Source of the DNA: an uncultured Dehalococcoidia bacterium
Lineage (GTDB): Bacteria > Chloroflexota > Dehalococcoidia > Lucifugimonadales > UBA3495
Assembly: GCA_950072105.1 (NCBI GenBank)
Contig: CATMOE010000026.1
Location: forward strand, 1 to 48,230
Direction of reading: 5' to 3'
Length of the DNA: 48,230 nt
In this document: piece by piece, positions 39,674 through 48,087 of the stretch
How positions within the stretch are numbered: the first letter of the stretch is position 1
Layout of the letters: each line of letters starts with the position of its first letter
Translations under genes and position numbers: made by a program
Notes under the pieces: model-generated
Databases searched by the model: none
Told to the model about the DNA's origin: nothing
The model's input: the letters and a program-made list of their open reading frames with translations, nothing else

Positions 39674-40141
39674 ATGGAACACTACTCCTTAAAGATTAAT
39701 GGCAACGTTTACGAGACCGATGCCGAGCCCTTCGAGTCCCTTCTGGACGTCCTGCGGGAAAAGCTGCGGCTTACCGGCTCCAAGAAAGGTTGTGACGAGG
39801 GCGAGTGCGGCGCATGTACCGCTCTTCTGGACGGCAAGCCGGTCCTGTCCTGCATCCTTCTGGTTAGTGATGTCCGGGACAGGGAAGTTCTCACCATAGA
39901 GGGCTTGCCCCAGGGCGGTGAACCCCACCCGATCCAGGTGGAGATGACGGAACGGGGCGGCATACAGTGCGGGTACTGCACTCCCGGCATAATTATGAGC
40001 GCCTACGCCTTACTTCAAGAGAACCCACGCCCCAGCGAAGACGAGATCCGATTCGCCATCGCGGGCAACATCTGCCGGTGCACCGGCTACAGCAAGATCG
40101 TGGAAGCGCTGCAGGCGGCGGCAGGCACTCCTATCCGGTAA
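39674..40141 (+). CDS. 2x[2Fe-2S] subunit (NdhS/CoxS-like)
   Basis: GSKKGCDEGECGACT..C, QCGYCTPG, GNICRCTGY. Confidence 0.95.
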   Translation: MEHYSLKINGNVYETDAEPFESLLDVLREKLRLTGSKKGCDEGECGACTALLDGKPVLSCILLVSDVRDREVLTIEGLPQGGEPHPIQVEMTERGGIQCGYCTPGIIMSAYALLQENPRPSEDEIRFAIAGNICRCTGYSKIVEALQAAAGTPIR

Positions 40142-40179
40142 AAGGCCGGACCGTAACCCCGCCACCAGGGAGCCTTGGC

Positions 40180-41490
40180 ATGGCACAACCGGAGCAAGTT
40201 ACCTCAGCGGCCCAGAGCGGCCCATACGACTGGATCGGCACCAGCGTGCCCAAGGTTGATGCCCTGGACAAAGCCCTGGGTATTACCCAATACGTGGGCG
40301 ACATGCAGATGCCCGGCATGCTCCACGCCCGGATCCGATGGTCCGGCGTCCCCCATGCGGTCATTCGCGGTATCGACACGTCGGACGCGGAGAAGGTCCC
40401 GGGCGTGCGGGCCGTGCTCACCGCCGGTGACATACCCGGCGTCAACCGGTACGGTCTGGCAGTGCAGGACCAGCGGGTCTTGGCCGACGACAAAGTACGG
40501 TCCGCCGCTGATCCGGTGGCGCTGGTGGCGGCGGAGACCGAGCAGGCCGCGGAAGAAGCCATAAACAAGATCAAGCTGGACCTGGAGCCGCTTCGTCCCG
40601 TCCTGAGCATCGAGGACGCACTGGACCCAACCGCTCCCGCGATTCACGAAGGTGGAAACCTCTTCGCCCGTACCACTGTCCGCAAGGGGGACCTGGATCA
40701 AGGTGTCAGGGAATCGGACGTGATCGTAGAGACGACTTACCGGACGCACCTGATGGACCACATGGCGATGGAGACGGAATCCAGTCTGGCTTATATTGAC
40801 CCCACCGGCGTGCTCACCATCATCACCTCCACCCAATATCCCTACCGGGACCGGCGTCAGATCGCGCCCGCGCTGAACTTGAGCATGAACAAGGTGCGGG
40901 TCGTTCAGGCTCCCATCGGGGGTGGATTTGGACGCAAAGACGACATAACGTCCGAGATCCATGCGGGGCTGCTGGCTCTGAAGACTCAGCGGCCGGTGCG
41001 TTTGATCTACACCCGCCAGGACTCGTTGATCGCCAACACCAAGCGCCACCCCATGCTGTTGAAGTTTCGCACCGGGGCCCGGAGCGATGGCCGGCTTACT
41101 TTCGTGGATGCCGATATCTACGGAGATACCGGCGCGTATCTGTCGTTGGGAGCATTCGTGATTAAGAAGGCTGGTATTCACGCCTGCGGTCCCTATGACG
41201 TGCCCAACATCCGTGTCGATACCCATACGCTTTACACCAACAACCTTTCCAGCGGCGCCATGCGGGGCTTCGGCGTGCTGCAAGCAGCGGTGGCCCACGA
41301 GTCTCAGATGGACCAACTGGCCCACCGTTTGGGAATCTCCCCCATAGATATCCGCCTGATCAATACCCTCAAGCCCGGCCTACCCACGGGCACGGGACAG
41401 GTGATGGACGAGGGTTGTGGCATCGAAGCCACGGTGCTTCGCATCAAGGAATACATGGAGTCCCAAGATTTGAGGTTCGCGCGCTCATGA
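40180..41490 (+). CDS. Molybdopterin-binding large subunit, N-terminal half (NdhL-like)
   Basis: IG.SVP.VDA..K..G...Y..D, STQYP, IGGGFGRK, KRHP, GPY..PN, TNN...GAMRGFG..Q..AHESQMD. Confidence 0.9.
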   Translation: MAQPEQVTSAAQSGPYDWIGTSVPKVDALDKALGITQYVGDMQMPGMLHARIRWSGVPHAVIRGIDTSDAEKVPGVRAVLTAGDIPGVNRYGLAVQDQRVLADDKVRSAADPVALVAAETEQAAEEAINKIKLDLEPLRPVLSIEDALDPTAPAIHEGGNLFARTTVRKGDLDQGVRESDVIVETTYRTHLMDHMAMETESSLAYIDPTGVLTIITSTQYPYRDRRQIAPALNLSMNKVRVVQAPIGGGFGRKDDITSEIHAGLLALKTQRPVRLIYTRQDSLIANTKRHPMLLKFRTGARSDGRLTFVDADIYGDTGAYLSLGAFVIKKAGIHACGPYDVPNIRVDTHTLYTNNLSSGAMRGFGVLQAAVAHESQMDQLAHRLGISPIDIRLINTLKPGLPTGTGQVMDEGCGIEATVLRIKEYMESQDLRFARS

Positions 41491-42497
41491 CCAAAAAAAG
41501 AGGCTTGGGCGTCGGCTCAATGTTCTACGGTATCGGCTACGGGTTCAACCGTGCCGATATAGGCTCGGCCTACATCGAGATGGCCGAGGACGGCACCACC
41601 ACGGTGTATTCCGGGGCCTGCGACATGGGCCAGGGAATCATGACCGTCGTTGCTCAAGTAGCGGCGGAGGTCGTCGGCGCCGACATCGACACCATCCGGG
41701 TGGTGGCGGCCGACACGACCAGCACTCCGGACGCCGGTCCCACGTCGGGTAGCCGCGCCACCTTCGTGCAGGGCATCGCGGTGCACGAAGCCGCGTCCGA
41801 CCTTCACGACCAACTGATGCAGACCGCGGCCGGTATGTTCGAATGCGAGAAGGATGAGCTGGAAGCCCACAACGGGGATGTATATCTGAAGGGCGCCAAT
41901 GCCCCGATCGCCTCCCTGGCAGAAGTCGCTGCCCGGGTCCATCTCTTGGGAGGCCGGTGCGGCAGTTGGGGCTGGCACGACAACAGCACTGCCGACGTGG
42001 ATCCCGAGACCTCTCAGGGCGATGCCTACGCCAGTTACGGTTGGGCCACCCAGTTGGCGGAGGTTGAAGTGGACACCGAGACCGGCCACGTCAAGGTGTT
42101 GAAGATTGTCTCCGCCACCGACGCCGGTAAGGCCATCAACCCGGTCGCCGTCGAGGGCCAGATACAGGGTGGCGCGGCCATGGGAGTGGGTTACGCCCTT
42201 TACGAACAGCATATCCTCGACCAAGGCGTTCCGCGCACCGACTCGATGGCATTTTATCTGGTGCCCACCTCTATGGATGTACCCGAGATACAGTGCGAGA
42301 TCGTGGAGGTTTACGACCCCAAGGGACCCTTTGGAGCCAAGGGCATAGCCGAACCGGCGACCGTGCCCACAACCTCGGCGATCCTTAATGCGATCTACGA
42401 CGCCATCGGCATAAGAATAACCGACACCCCGGCCACCCCGGAAAGAGTGTTCCAGGCTATACAAGAGGCGAGGGCTAGAGGCGAGTTTGAGGATTAG
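41487..42497 (+). CDS. Molybdopterin-binding medium subunit, C-terminal half (NdhM-like)
   Basis: MTKKRGLGVGSMFYGIG, DMGQG, TP.AGPTSGSR, AEVEVD.ETG, INP..VEGQIQGG, GPFGAKGIAEP (catalytic Glu). ATGA overlap at 41487-41490 with a GAGG RBS. Confidence 0.9.
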   Translation: MTKKRGLGVGSMFYGIGYGFNRADIGSAYIEMAEDGTTTVYSGACDMGQGIMTVVAQVAAEVVGADIDTIRVVAADTTSTPDAGPTSGSRATFVQGIAVHEAASDLHDQLMQTAAGMFECEKDELEAHNGDVYLKGANAPIASLAEVAARVHLLGGRCGSWGWHDNSTADVDPETSQGDAYASYGWATQLAEVEVDTETGHVKVLKIVSATDAGKAINPVAVEGQIQGGAAMGVGYALYEQHILDQGVPRTDSMAFYLVPTSMDVPEIQCEIVEVYDPKGPFGAKGIAEPATVPTTSAILNAIYDAIGIRITDTPATPERVFQAIQEARARGEFED

Positions 42498-42536
42498 GCC
42501 GTTTGATAGGTAATGCCAACAACTGGGTAGGTAAAC

Positions 42537-43571
42537 ATGCCTGATTGGGATTCCAGACGCCGGATAGCCGAAGATATTACCGAGGCCGCAGGCATGACCC
42601 CACTGGTGCGGCTTCGGAAGGTTGCCTTAGGTCCTCAAGCCCTTTGCGGCAAGCTGGAGTTTATGAACCCCAGCTCCAGCCTGAAGGACCGTATACTTCG
42701 CCATATGGTTAGCAAGGCCGAGGAACGTGGCGAGTTGCGACCTGGCATGACCATCCTAGAGGCGTCCACCGGAAGCACCGGGATCGCCACCGCGATGATC
42801 GGCGCGGTCAAGGGTTACCCAGTGGTCATCGTCATGCCCGAGGGCATGAGTGTAGAACGCAAGGATTCTTTGCGGGCCTATGGGGCCGAGTTGGTGATGA
42901 CACCCGGAGGGGAGAGCGACGTTGACCTGTGCTTCGGCAAGGTTGCCGAGTTGAAGCAGGAGAGCCCAGGTAAGTTCTGGGAAGCGGCCCAATTTTCGAA
43001 TAAAGACAACATCGAGGCCCATTACCTCACCACTGGCCCGGAGGTCTGGGAGCAGACCGGCGGCACGGTGGACGTGTTCATCGCCTCCCAGGGTAGTGGC
43101 GGCACGATCTCCGGCGTGGGCAAGTACCTGAAAGAGCGGAACCCCCAGGTCAAGATCTACACTGTCGAGCCAGCGGAGTGTCCGATTCTAACCGGGGGCG
43201 GTTGGGGACCCCACCAGATCGAGGGAATAGGCGACGGGTTTATCCCGGACAACCTGGACTTGGACTACGTTGACGGGGTGGTGACCGTCTCTTCCCAGGA
43301 ATCTATCGATATGGCGCACCGGTTGGCTCTTGAAGAGGGCATATTCTGCGGAATCTCTTCGGGCTGCAACGTGGTGGCCGCCAACAAGCTGGCTCCCGAG
43401 CTGCCTGGGACCAGTCTCATGGTAACCATGATAAACGACACGGGTATGCGGTACTTCTCAACTCCCCTGTTCGGCCGGGAGTCCACCACGGAGATCCCCG
43501 ACCGCGATCACCCGGTCAGTGAAGCGGACCGCCGGAACCTGGCGGGCAGGCATCTGCACATCGTGCGCTAA
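42537..43571 (+). CDS. PLP-dependent cysteine synthase family protein (atypical CysK-like)
   Basis: TPLVRL, KLEFMNPSSSLKDR (PLP Lys), MPE.MS.ER, H..TTGPE.W.Q, GSGGT..GVG, HQIEGIG.GF.P, GISSG.N. Confidence 0.9.
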   Translation: MPDWDSRRRIAEDITEAAGMTPLVRLRKVALGPQALCGKLEFMNPSSSLKDRILRHMVSKAEERGELRPGMTILEASTGSTGIATAMIGAVKGYPVVIVMPEGMSVERKDSLRAYGAELVMTPGGESDVDLCFGKVAELKQESPGKFWEAAQFSNKDNIEAHYLTTGPEVWEQTGGTVDVFIASQGSGGTISGVGKYLKERNPQVKIYTVEPAECPILTGGGWGPHQIEGIGDGFIPDNLDLDYVDGVVTVSSQESIDMAHRLALEEGIFCGISSGCNVVAANKLAPELPGTSLMVTMINDTGMRYFSTPLFGRESTTEIPDRDHPVSEADRRNLAGRHLHIVR

Positions 43572-43574
43572 GCA

Positions 43575-43655
43575 CACTCAGCGATTTGCGTCACCCTGCG
43601 CCGGGCGCGTTTAGCGTTGCCGTGACGTCTCCGCCGGGTTGTCGATAGCTGAGTG
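43575..43655. repeat. Nested inverted repeat between the convergent cysK-like and MOSC genes
   Basis: CACTCAGC (43575-43582) / GCTGAGTG (43648-43655) enclosing CGTCAC (43589-43594) / GTGACG (43622-43627). Confidence 0.5.
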
Positions 43656-43661
43656 ATTGGT

Positions 43662-44222
43662 TCAGAGTTTCTTTACCGCGTCGCCTGGTCTTATCTCACC
43701 GCCCTGCACCACCTTGAGGTTTATGCCCCGCAGTTGGAGTTCTCTACCTGTCGGAGAGCTAATAAACTTCAAGGCGTCTGCGCCGAACCGGGCAGCGAAT
43801 TTCTTGCAGCCGGTGTGGGGCTGATCCGTGGCCTCCAGGATGGCTGAACCCACGGAGATGCGGGTGCCGGGGGGCACGTTGGCTTTACTCAGGTCCAGGT
43901 CCACAAACAACTGGTCGCCGGACAACGGCCAGCGGTCCTTGGATTGGGCCACCAAGGCCGCGACTCGGGAGTTCATCAAGGTGATTTGCATATCGGGGTG
44001 GGCCTTGCCGTCACCGCTGCGGACGCTGGGCCGGTCCCGCCAAGTGTCGCCCACCAAACCAACCTCAACGTGCAGGTCGGCCAGTTCCATAACCTCACGC
44101 GCGTCCTCTTCAGGACGGCTGACGATCAGGTCCAGAACGCTCCGGTCTTTTGGCGAATCGCGTATCTCATCAAGCCCGGCTTCCAAGTCGGCTGCGGACA
44201 GGTGCATTATCTCTGCTTGCAT
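43662..44222 (-). CDS. MOSC domain protein (YiiM-like)
   Basis: GLVGD.W, QITLMN, GDQLFVDLDLS..N.P.GTR..VGSA.LE.T..PHTGC.KF, RGIN.KV..GGEI.PGD. Confidence 0.85.
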   Translation of the reverse strand: MQAEIMHLSAADLEAGLDEIRDSPKDRSVLDLIVSRPEEDAREVMELADLHVEVGLVGDTWRDRPSVRSGDGKAHPDMQITLMNSRVAALVAQSKDRWPLSGDQLFVDLDLSKANVPPGTRISVGSAILEATDQPHTGCKKFAARFGADALKFISSPTGRELQLRGINLKVVQGGEIRPGDAVKKL

Positions 44223-44288
44223 GGTGTTACTCCGTGGGTAGTTTCATTGAGAGCGTTGGAAGGTAGTTTAGCATGGGGCAGGATCCCC

Positions 44289-45149
44289 CTAAACCTCGAT
44301 CCGCATCAACTCCTCAGAGAAGATGATTTGGCCGTCATATATGGCGGTCATCTCTTCAATATGACGGTCGAAGGGTGTGTCCTTGGAGAGAGTGTGGCCC
44401 ATGTGGACCAGGACCAGTTTTTTCACGCCTGCATCTTGGGCCAGTTGGGCGGCGCCGGTGGTGCCACACTGGCCGTTGGCCTCGTTGGCCGTTTCCATTA
44501 TCGACTGTTCGTCCCAGCACATACACAGCATTATGTCGGCGTCGCGGGCCAGTTCACGGACCGTGTCGCAGGGCTGGGTGTCGCCGGTGAATATCACGCT
44601 GCCCTCAGGAGTGTCTACTCGGTAGGCTAGCGAATCCAGATAGGGTTGAACGTGCTCCGCCAGAGCCGCCGTGACCTGCCAGTTCTTGCCTGAGGCCACC
44701 TCGCCCACTCCAATGTCCTTGGCATTGGGGGCGGGCGGAATGCGAGGCAGAGTGCCGCCTCGGTTCACGAAGACCTGCTGGCTGTAGGGATGGTTCACCC
44801 GTGCCTGCCAGTCGGACTCGAAGGCCCCGCCGACGCCGATGACTTTTTGCGTAATCTCCTCGGTCAGCTTCGGGCCGTAGACGTTTAATTCTGAACCGCG
44901 GCCGGCGGCCTGGTCCCAGCGGCAGAGCAGGAAGCAGGGGTAGTCGATGTTGTGGTCGAAGTGATGGTGGGTGAAGAACAGGTTATCCACCTGGGTGGGA
45001 TAGAGGCCGGCCTTGACCAACTTATGTGTGGCCGCTGGACCGCAGTCGAACATCAGTACCTCGTCGCCGATGCGCAGCGCGTGGGCGCTGCCGAACCGGA
45101 ACTCAGTGGGTGTGGGCGTGCCGCCTCCCAGGACAAATACCTCGGCCAT
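44289..45149 (-). CDS. Metallo-beta-lactamase fold hydrolase (RNase Z/AtsA-like)
   Basis: LGGGTPTP, FDCG, FFTHHHFDH, AYRVD, FTGDT, GVKKLVLVH. GGAGG RBS before ATG 45149. Confidence 0.85.
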   Translation of the reverse strand: MAEVFVLGGGTPTPTEFRFGSAHALRIGDEVLMFDCGPAATHKLVKAGLYPTQVDNLFFTHHHFDHNIDYPCFLLCRWDQAAGRGSELNVYGPKLTEEITQKVIGVGGAFESDWQARVNHPYSQQVFVNRGGTLPRIPPAPNAKDIGVGEVASGKNWQVTAALAEHVQPYLDSLAYRVDTPEGSVIFTGDTQPCDTVRELARDADIMLCMCWDEQSIMETANEANGQCGTTGAAQLAQDAGVKKLVLVHMGHTLSKDTPFDRHIEEMTAIYDGQIIFSEELMRIEV

Positions 45150-45347
45150 GTGGGACCTCCGGATCATGTTTTGCTCGAGAGAGTATAACCCACGAGCATA
45201 TCGGGGTTTCCATGGCGCGGCCCTGGCGAAAGGTTTTGTACCAGCGATACATGGGCGTTCGTTGCAGGGGGCCGGATCGCACCATGTTTGACAATCGCCA
45301 AAAGAAAAAGGCCACTACATGGACAGGGGAGCCTATCGTTAAAGATG

Positions 45348-45821
45348 TTAGGGAGTCGCGGAGAATATTTTGCCGGTTTCCAGTCTCGATACCTGGAAGA
45401 CCGGATGGCGTTGGGCCTCCGCGGCGAAGGCTTCATTGGGTGCCCCTGGCTTAGCATCAAAAAAGCGCCGGGTGAAAGGTTCTTGGTCGAAATAGCGTTT
45501 GAGCACTGGGCCGCATCGATTTGGGTCGTATTCCTCTTCCACCGTTAGGTCTTCTGAATGTCCACCCCGGCTCAATGTGATCTGCCTGGCTACTCTGGCA
45601 TTTTTGACCCAATTTCTTTGTCCGAAGGGTGCCACCAGCCAACAATGTTCGTTGATTTGCACAACGGACACAGGAGTAGAGTGGAGCCGTCCACTGAGCC
45701 GGCCCTTGACGGTGAGAATGTGGTATTTCCGGGGCGGTAGACCAAGCCGGATCCAATACCGCACGATGCGGTTTAGGATACGCCTAGACAAAGTTAGCCG
45801 GTAGGCCGCGCTGATCTGCAT
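45348..45821 (-). CDS. Deazaflavin (F420)-dependent nitroreductase family protein (Ddn/DUF385-like)
   Basis: LTVKGRLSG...TPV, LVAP.G..NWVKNAR, HPVF. GAGGA RBS before ATG 45821. Confidence 0.8.
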   Translation of the reverse strand: MQISAAYRLTLSRRILNRIVRYWIRLGLPPRKYHILTVKGRLSGRLHSTPVSVVQINEHCWLVAPFGQRNWVKNARVARQITLSRGGHSEDLTVEEEYDPNRCGPVLKRYFDQEPFTRRFFDAKPGAPNEAFAAEAQRHPVFQVSRLETGKIFSATP

Positions 45822-46446
45822 TTGCCGAATCCTCGTGTATCTGCCCAGGTGGCTCACGGCTATTGCCGCGCGGGACCAACCCGGCAGCGATGGGTTCGCA
45901 TTCACATTGACGAACTATTGGGGCTAGCGGCCCATCCTTGTTAATAGTGATGGGCAATACCTCAACGACGCTGTTTGCGACACGTCCTATTAGTATATAT
46001 AAGGCGATGTCGCATTACCCCTTCTTCCGGGCTTGGCCCGTGAGGTACAAGAACTACGAGATCGAGATTGAGGGGAAGAACGCGCTGATTGAGGAAATCG
46101 AGAGTGGCTCGGCAGGTGGTACGATAGGCAACTGAGTCGGTGTGGACGCGCCTTCGACCCAATTAGGCATCGCCGTCCTCGGTGATCAAACTGGAAATGT
46201 CAGTGGATAGAGAAAGCAGAGAGGGTTTCACATTCTGGACAAATGCTATTTATATAGAGAGGGATCGTCCAGATCAGCGGATTTACCGTTGGTATCGCTA
46301 CCAGCCTTGGCTGGATCGTAGGGCCGCATTATGATTCGCTAGGCTGTGCGAAGTAAGTAGACCTACGTATATACCCTTCAATTCAAGCCTGGTAAATTGG
46401 TCTTCCCAAAGTTACAGTGGGACACTGGGCAAGCGGAGAAGATGGC

Positions 46447-46623
46447 ATGGCGGAACTGGACGAGCGGATAGAGCGGCTTGAGAGCGACCTAGTGGAAATC
46501 AAAGTGGACATCAAAAATCTACTAGTTGAATTGAAAGTGCTGATCGCGCGAGAGCAAAACCCACTCGCCGATAATACCCCAGAAGTCCGTGGGCCTGTGA
46601 TCGTAGTGGCCCCAGTCGGTTAG
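46447..46623 (+). CDS. Small coiled-coil protein (58 aa)
   Basis: GGAGAAG RBS; heptad pattern LDERIERLESDLVEIKVDIKNLLVELK followed by QNPL. Confidence 0.65.
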   Translation: MAELDERIERLESDLVEIKVDIKNLLVELKVLIAREQNPLADNTPEVRGPVIVVAPVG

Positions 46624-46699
46624 ACGGCAATAGTGAAAGTTGTTTGCCAAGGCGTCGTTTTTTGGAACTAGGAATGATTGAACGAGGTACTAATATCGA

Positions 46700-47419
46700 A
46701 TGACCACTGGCCCTAGCGCTGTCCTGGTGATGCAAAGTGACGTGGTGGGCGGTAGTTTGTTTCCCCTTCGTACTACCGATCGCTGTGTAATTGGTAGATC
46801 ATCTACCTGCGACATCGTAATCGACCTCGCCCTCGTTTCCCGCCGGCATGCCGAAGTCGTCTACCACGACCAGAGATATTTCGCTTCAGACTTGGGAAGC
46901 AGCAATGGCACACTCGTCAACGGAACGCCCCTGCTGCCCGGAAACGAAATGGCCCTGTTCCATGGAGATTTGCTCAGCTTTGCGGGCGATCAGGTGACGC
47001 TACTCTTCCAAAATACACAGGATTCCGCGCCTTTGGGCAGGACCACACTAGCCAGCCCGGATGTTAGCTCCGACGATACCGCCACGATAAGTTCTGCCAG
47101 AATCGCAGTCCACACGGCGTTAAGCATCGACTCCGATTTGAGGGAACTGAGGATCAATGACGGCCAACTACTTCACTATCTTTCAAGCGGTGAATTCGAT
47201 CTGTTGACCGTCTTGTACGAGAGGAGGGGCACCGCGGTGGCTTACGAGGAGCTCGTTGCCGCTCTCTATCCTGAGCCGATTAATCCAGATGTCGCCATCG
47301 AAGAAATAGATATCCGTATCCGGTAACTTCGGACCAGGCTTGAGCTAATACCCACTAATCCCAGGTTAATCGTCACCCTCCCGGCATACGGCTATATTCT
47401 GGTCGGGCCGCCGGCTTAG
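46700..47419 (+). pseudogene. FHA domain + OmpR-type winged-helix regulator with in-frame TAA at 47324-47326
   Basis: FHA motifs IGR..CDIVI...VSRRHA and DLGS.NGT.VNG. The wHTH LSSGEFDLL.VL...IDIRIR continues after the stop as LRTRLELIPTNPRLIVTLPAYGYIL to TAG at 47417-47419. Confidence 0.85.
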
Positions 47420-47685
47420 CTCCCTTCGTCTTGGCCCGGCTCATGGTGTTCTGCCAGGCACCAACTACCCGTCTTCATGTTCCTGAAGATCCCCAACTGG
47501 GCACCGTCCTCCACCGTCACCCGGTAGTGCATCTTGTACACTGGCTTATTCTCCCGCCACTCCGATTCTTCTTCCACCCGGTCGTCTATCGACACCACGA
47601 CCAGCGTCATCCCCTCCAGCGACACGGACGTGGCCGGAATGCTCTGTTTGAGGCGTCGGAAGTTTAGCAAAGGGTGATGAGACAT
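47416..47685 (-). CDS. DUF6504-like small protein; start uncertain, possibly degenerate
   Basis: V.SI.D...EESEW...P...MHYRV..EDG..L.IF.....G.W pattern. Confidence 0.55.
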   Translation of the reverse strand: MSHHPLLNFRRLKQSIPATSVSLEGMTLVVVSIDDRVEEESEWRENKPVYKMHYRVTVEDGAQLGIFRNMKTGSWCLAEHHEPGQDEGS

Positions 47686-47706
47686 TGCATTATGTTAAGT
47701 TTCATA

Positions 47707-47735
47707 TTTACAAATACCAACTATTATCGTATAAA
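47707..47735 (+). promoter_or_regulatory. Putative leaderless sigma70 promoter of the HTH gene
   Basis: TTTACA (47707-47712), 17-bp spacer, TATAAA (47730-47735); ATG 7 nt downstream, no SD. Confidence 0.5.
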
Positions 47736-47742
47736 TCCAAAC

Positions 47743-47985
47743 ATGAACGACGTTCAGGAATTGCTTGCCGGACTCCAATACAAGGGATGGACCTTGACCG
47801 CTATCGCCGATGAATTCGGGATTAGCCGAAACGCCGTGGACTCTTGGCGATCGGGAAAACACAACCCGAGACAGTCCGTTGTGGTGCAGAGAGAACTGAA
47901 GAGGCTGCTGGGTCGGAAGCGGATACCCAAGAGGTGGAGGACGGACAGTGCGGCACATGGTGCTAGCACCATGCTGCGAGGTTAG
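47743..47985 (+). CDS. Cro/CI-like helix-turn-helix DNA-binding protein
   Basis: GWTLTAIADEFGISRNAVDSWRSGKHNP helix-turn-helix with a basic C-terminus. Confidence 0.75.
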   Translation: MNDVQELLAGLQYKGWTLTAIADEFGISRNAVDSWRSGKHNPRQSVVVQRELKRLLGRKRIPKRWRTDSAAHGASTMLRG

Positions 47986-48087
47986 GCAACCTCTATTTTG
48001 CAATCATATAAATCTTGATACTTTAGTGCGGGTGGAAGTTCAGACTCGACGGTCATTTGCAACGGATGTTAACAAGCAGGATACAAG

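Noticed and set aside
41487..41490. TGA at the L/M junction as selenocysteine or a frameshift splitting one Mo subunit
   Set aside because: The downstream gene is in a different frame with its own RBS, an ATGA overlap and an NdhM-like N-terminus. This is a natural split.
38801..42497. Aerobic CO dehydrogenase (coxMSL)
   Set aside because: The active-site loop is AMRGFG rather than AYxCSFR, and the large subunit is split.
45938..46135. 65-aa ORF containing YKNYEIEIEGKNALIEEIE
   Set aside because: Protein-like composition, but no clear RBS or family match; left uncalled.
6257..47326. TAA stop-codon reassignment suggested by two in-frame TAA codons (6257 and 47324)
   Set aside because: TAA terminates many intact genes here, and the two sites correspond to different expected residues.
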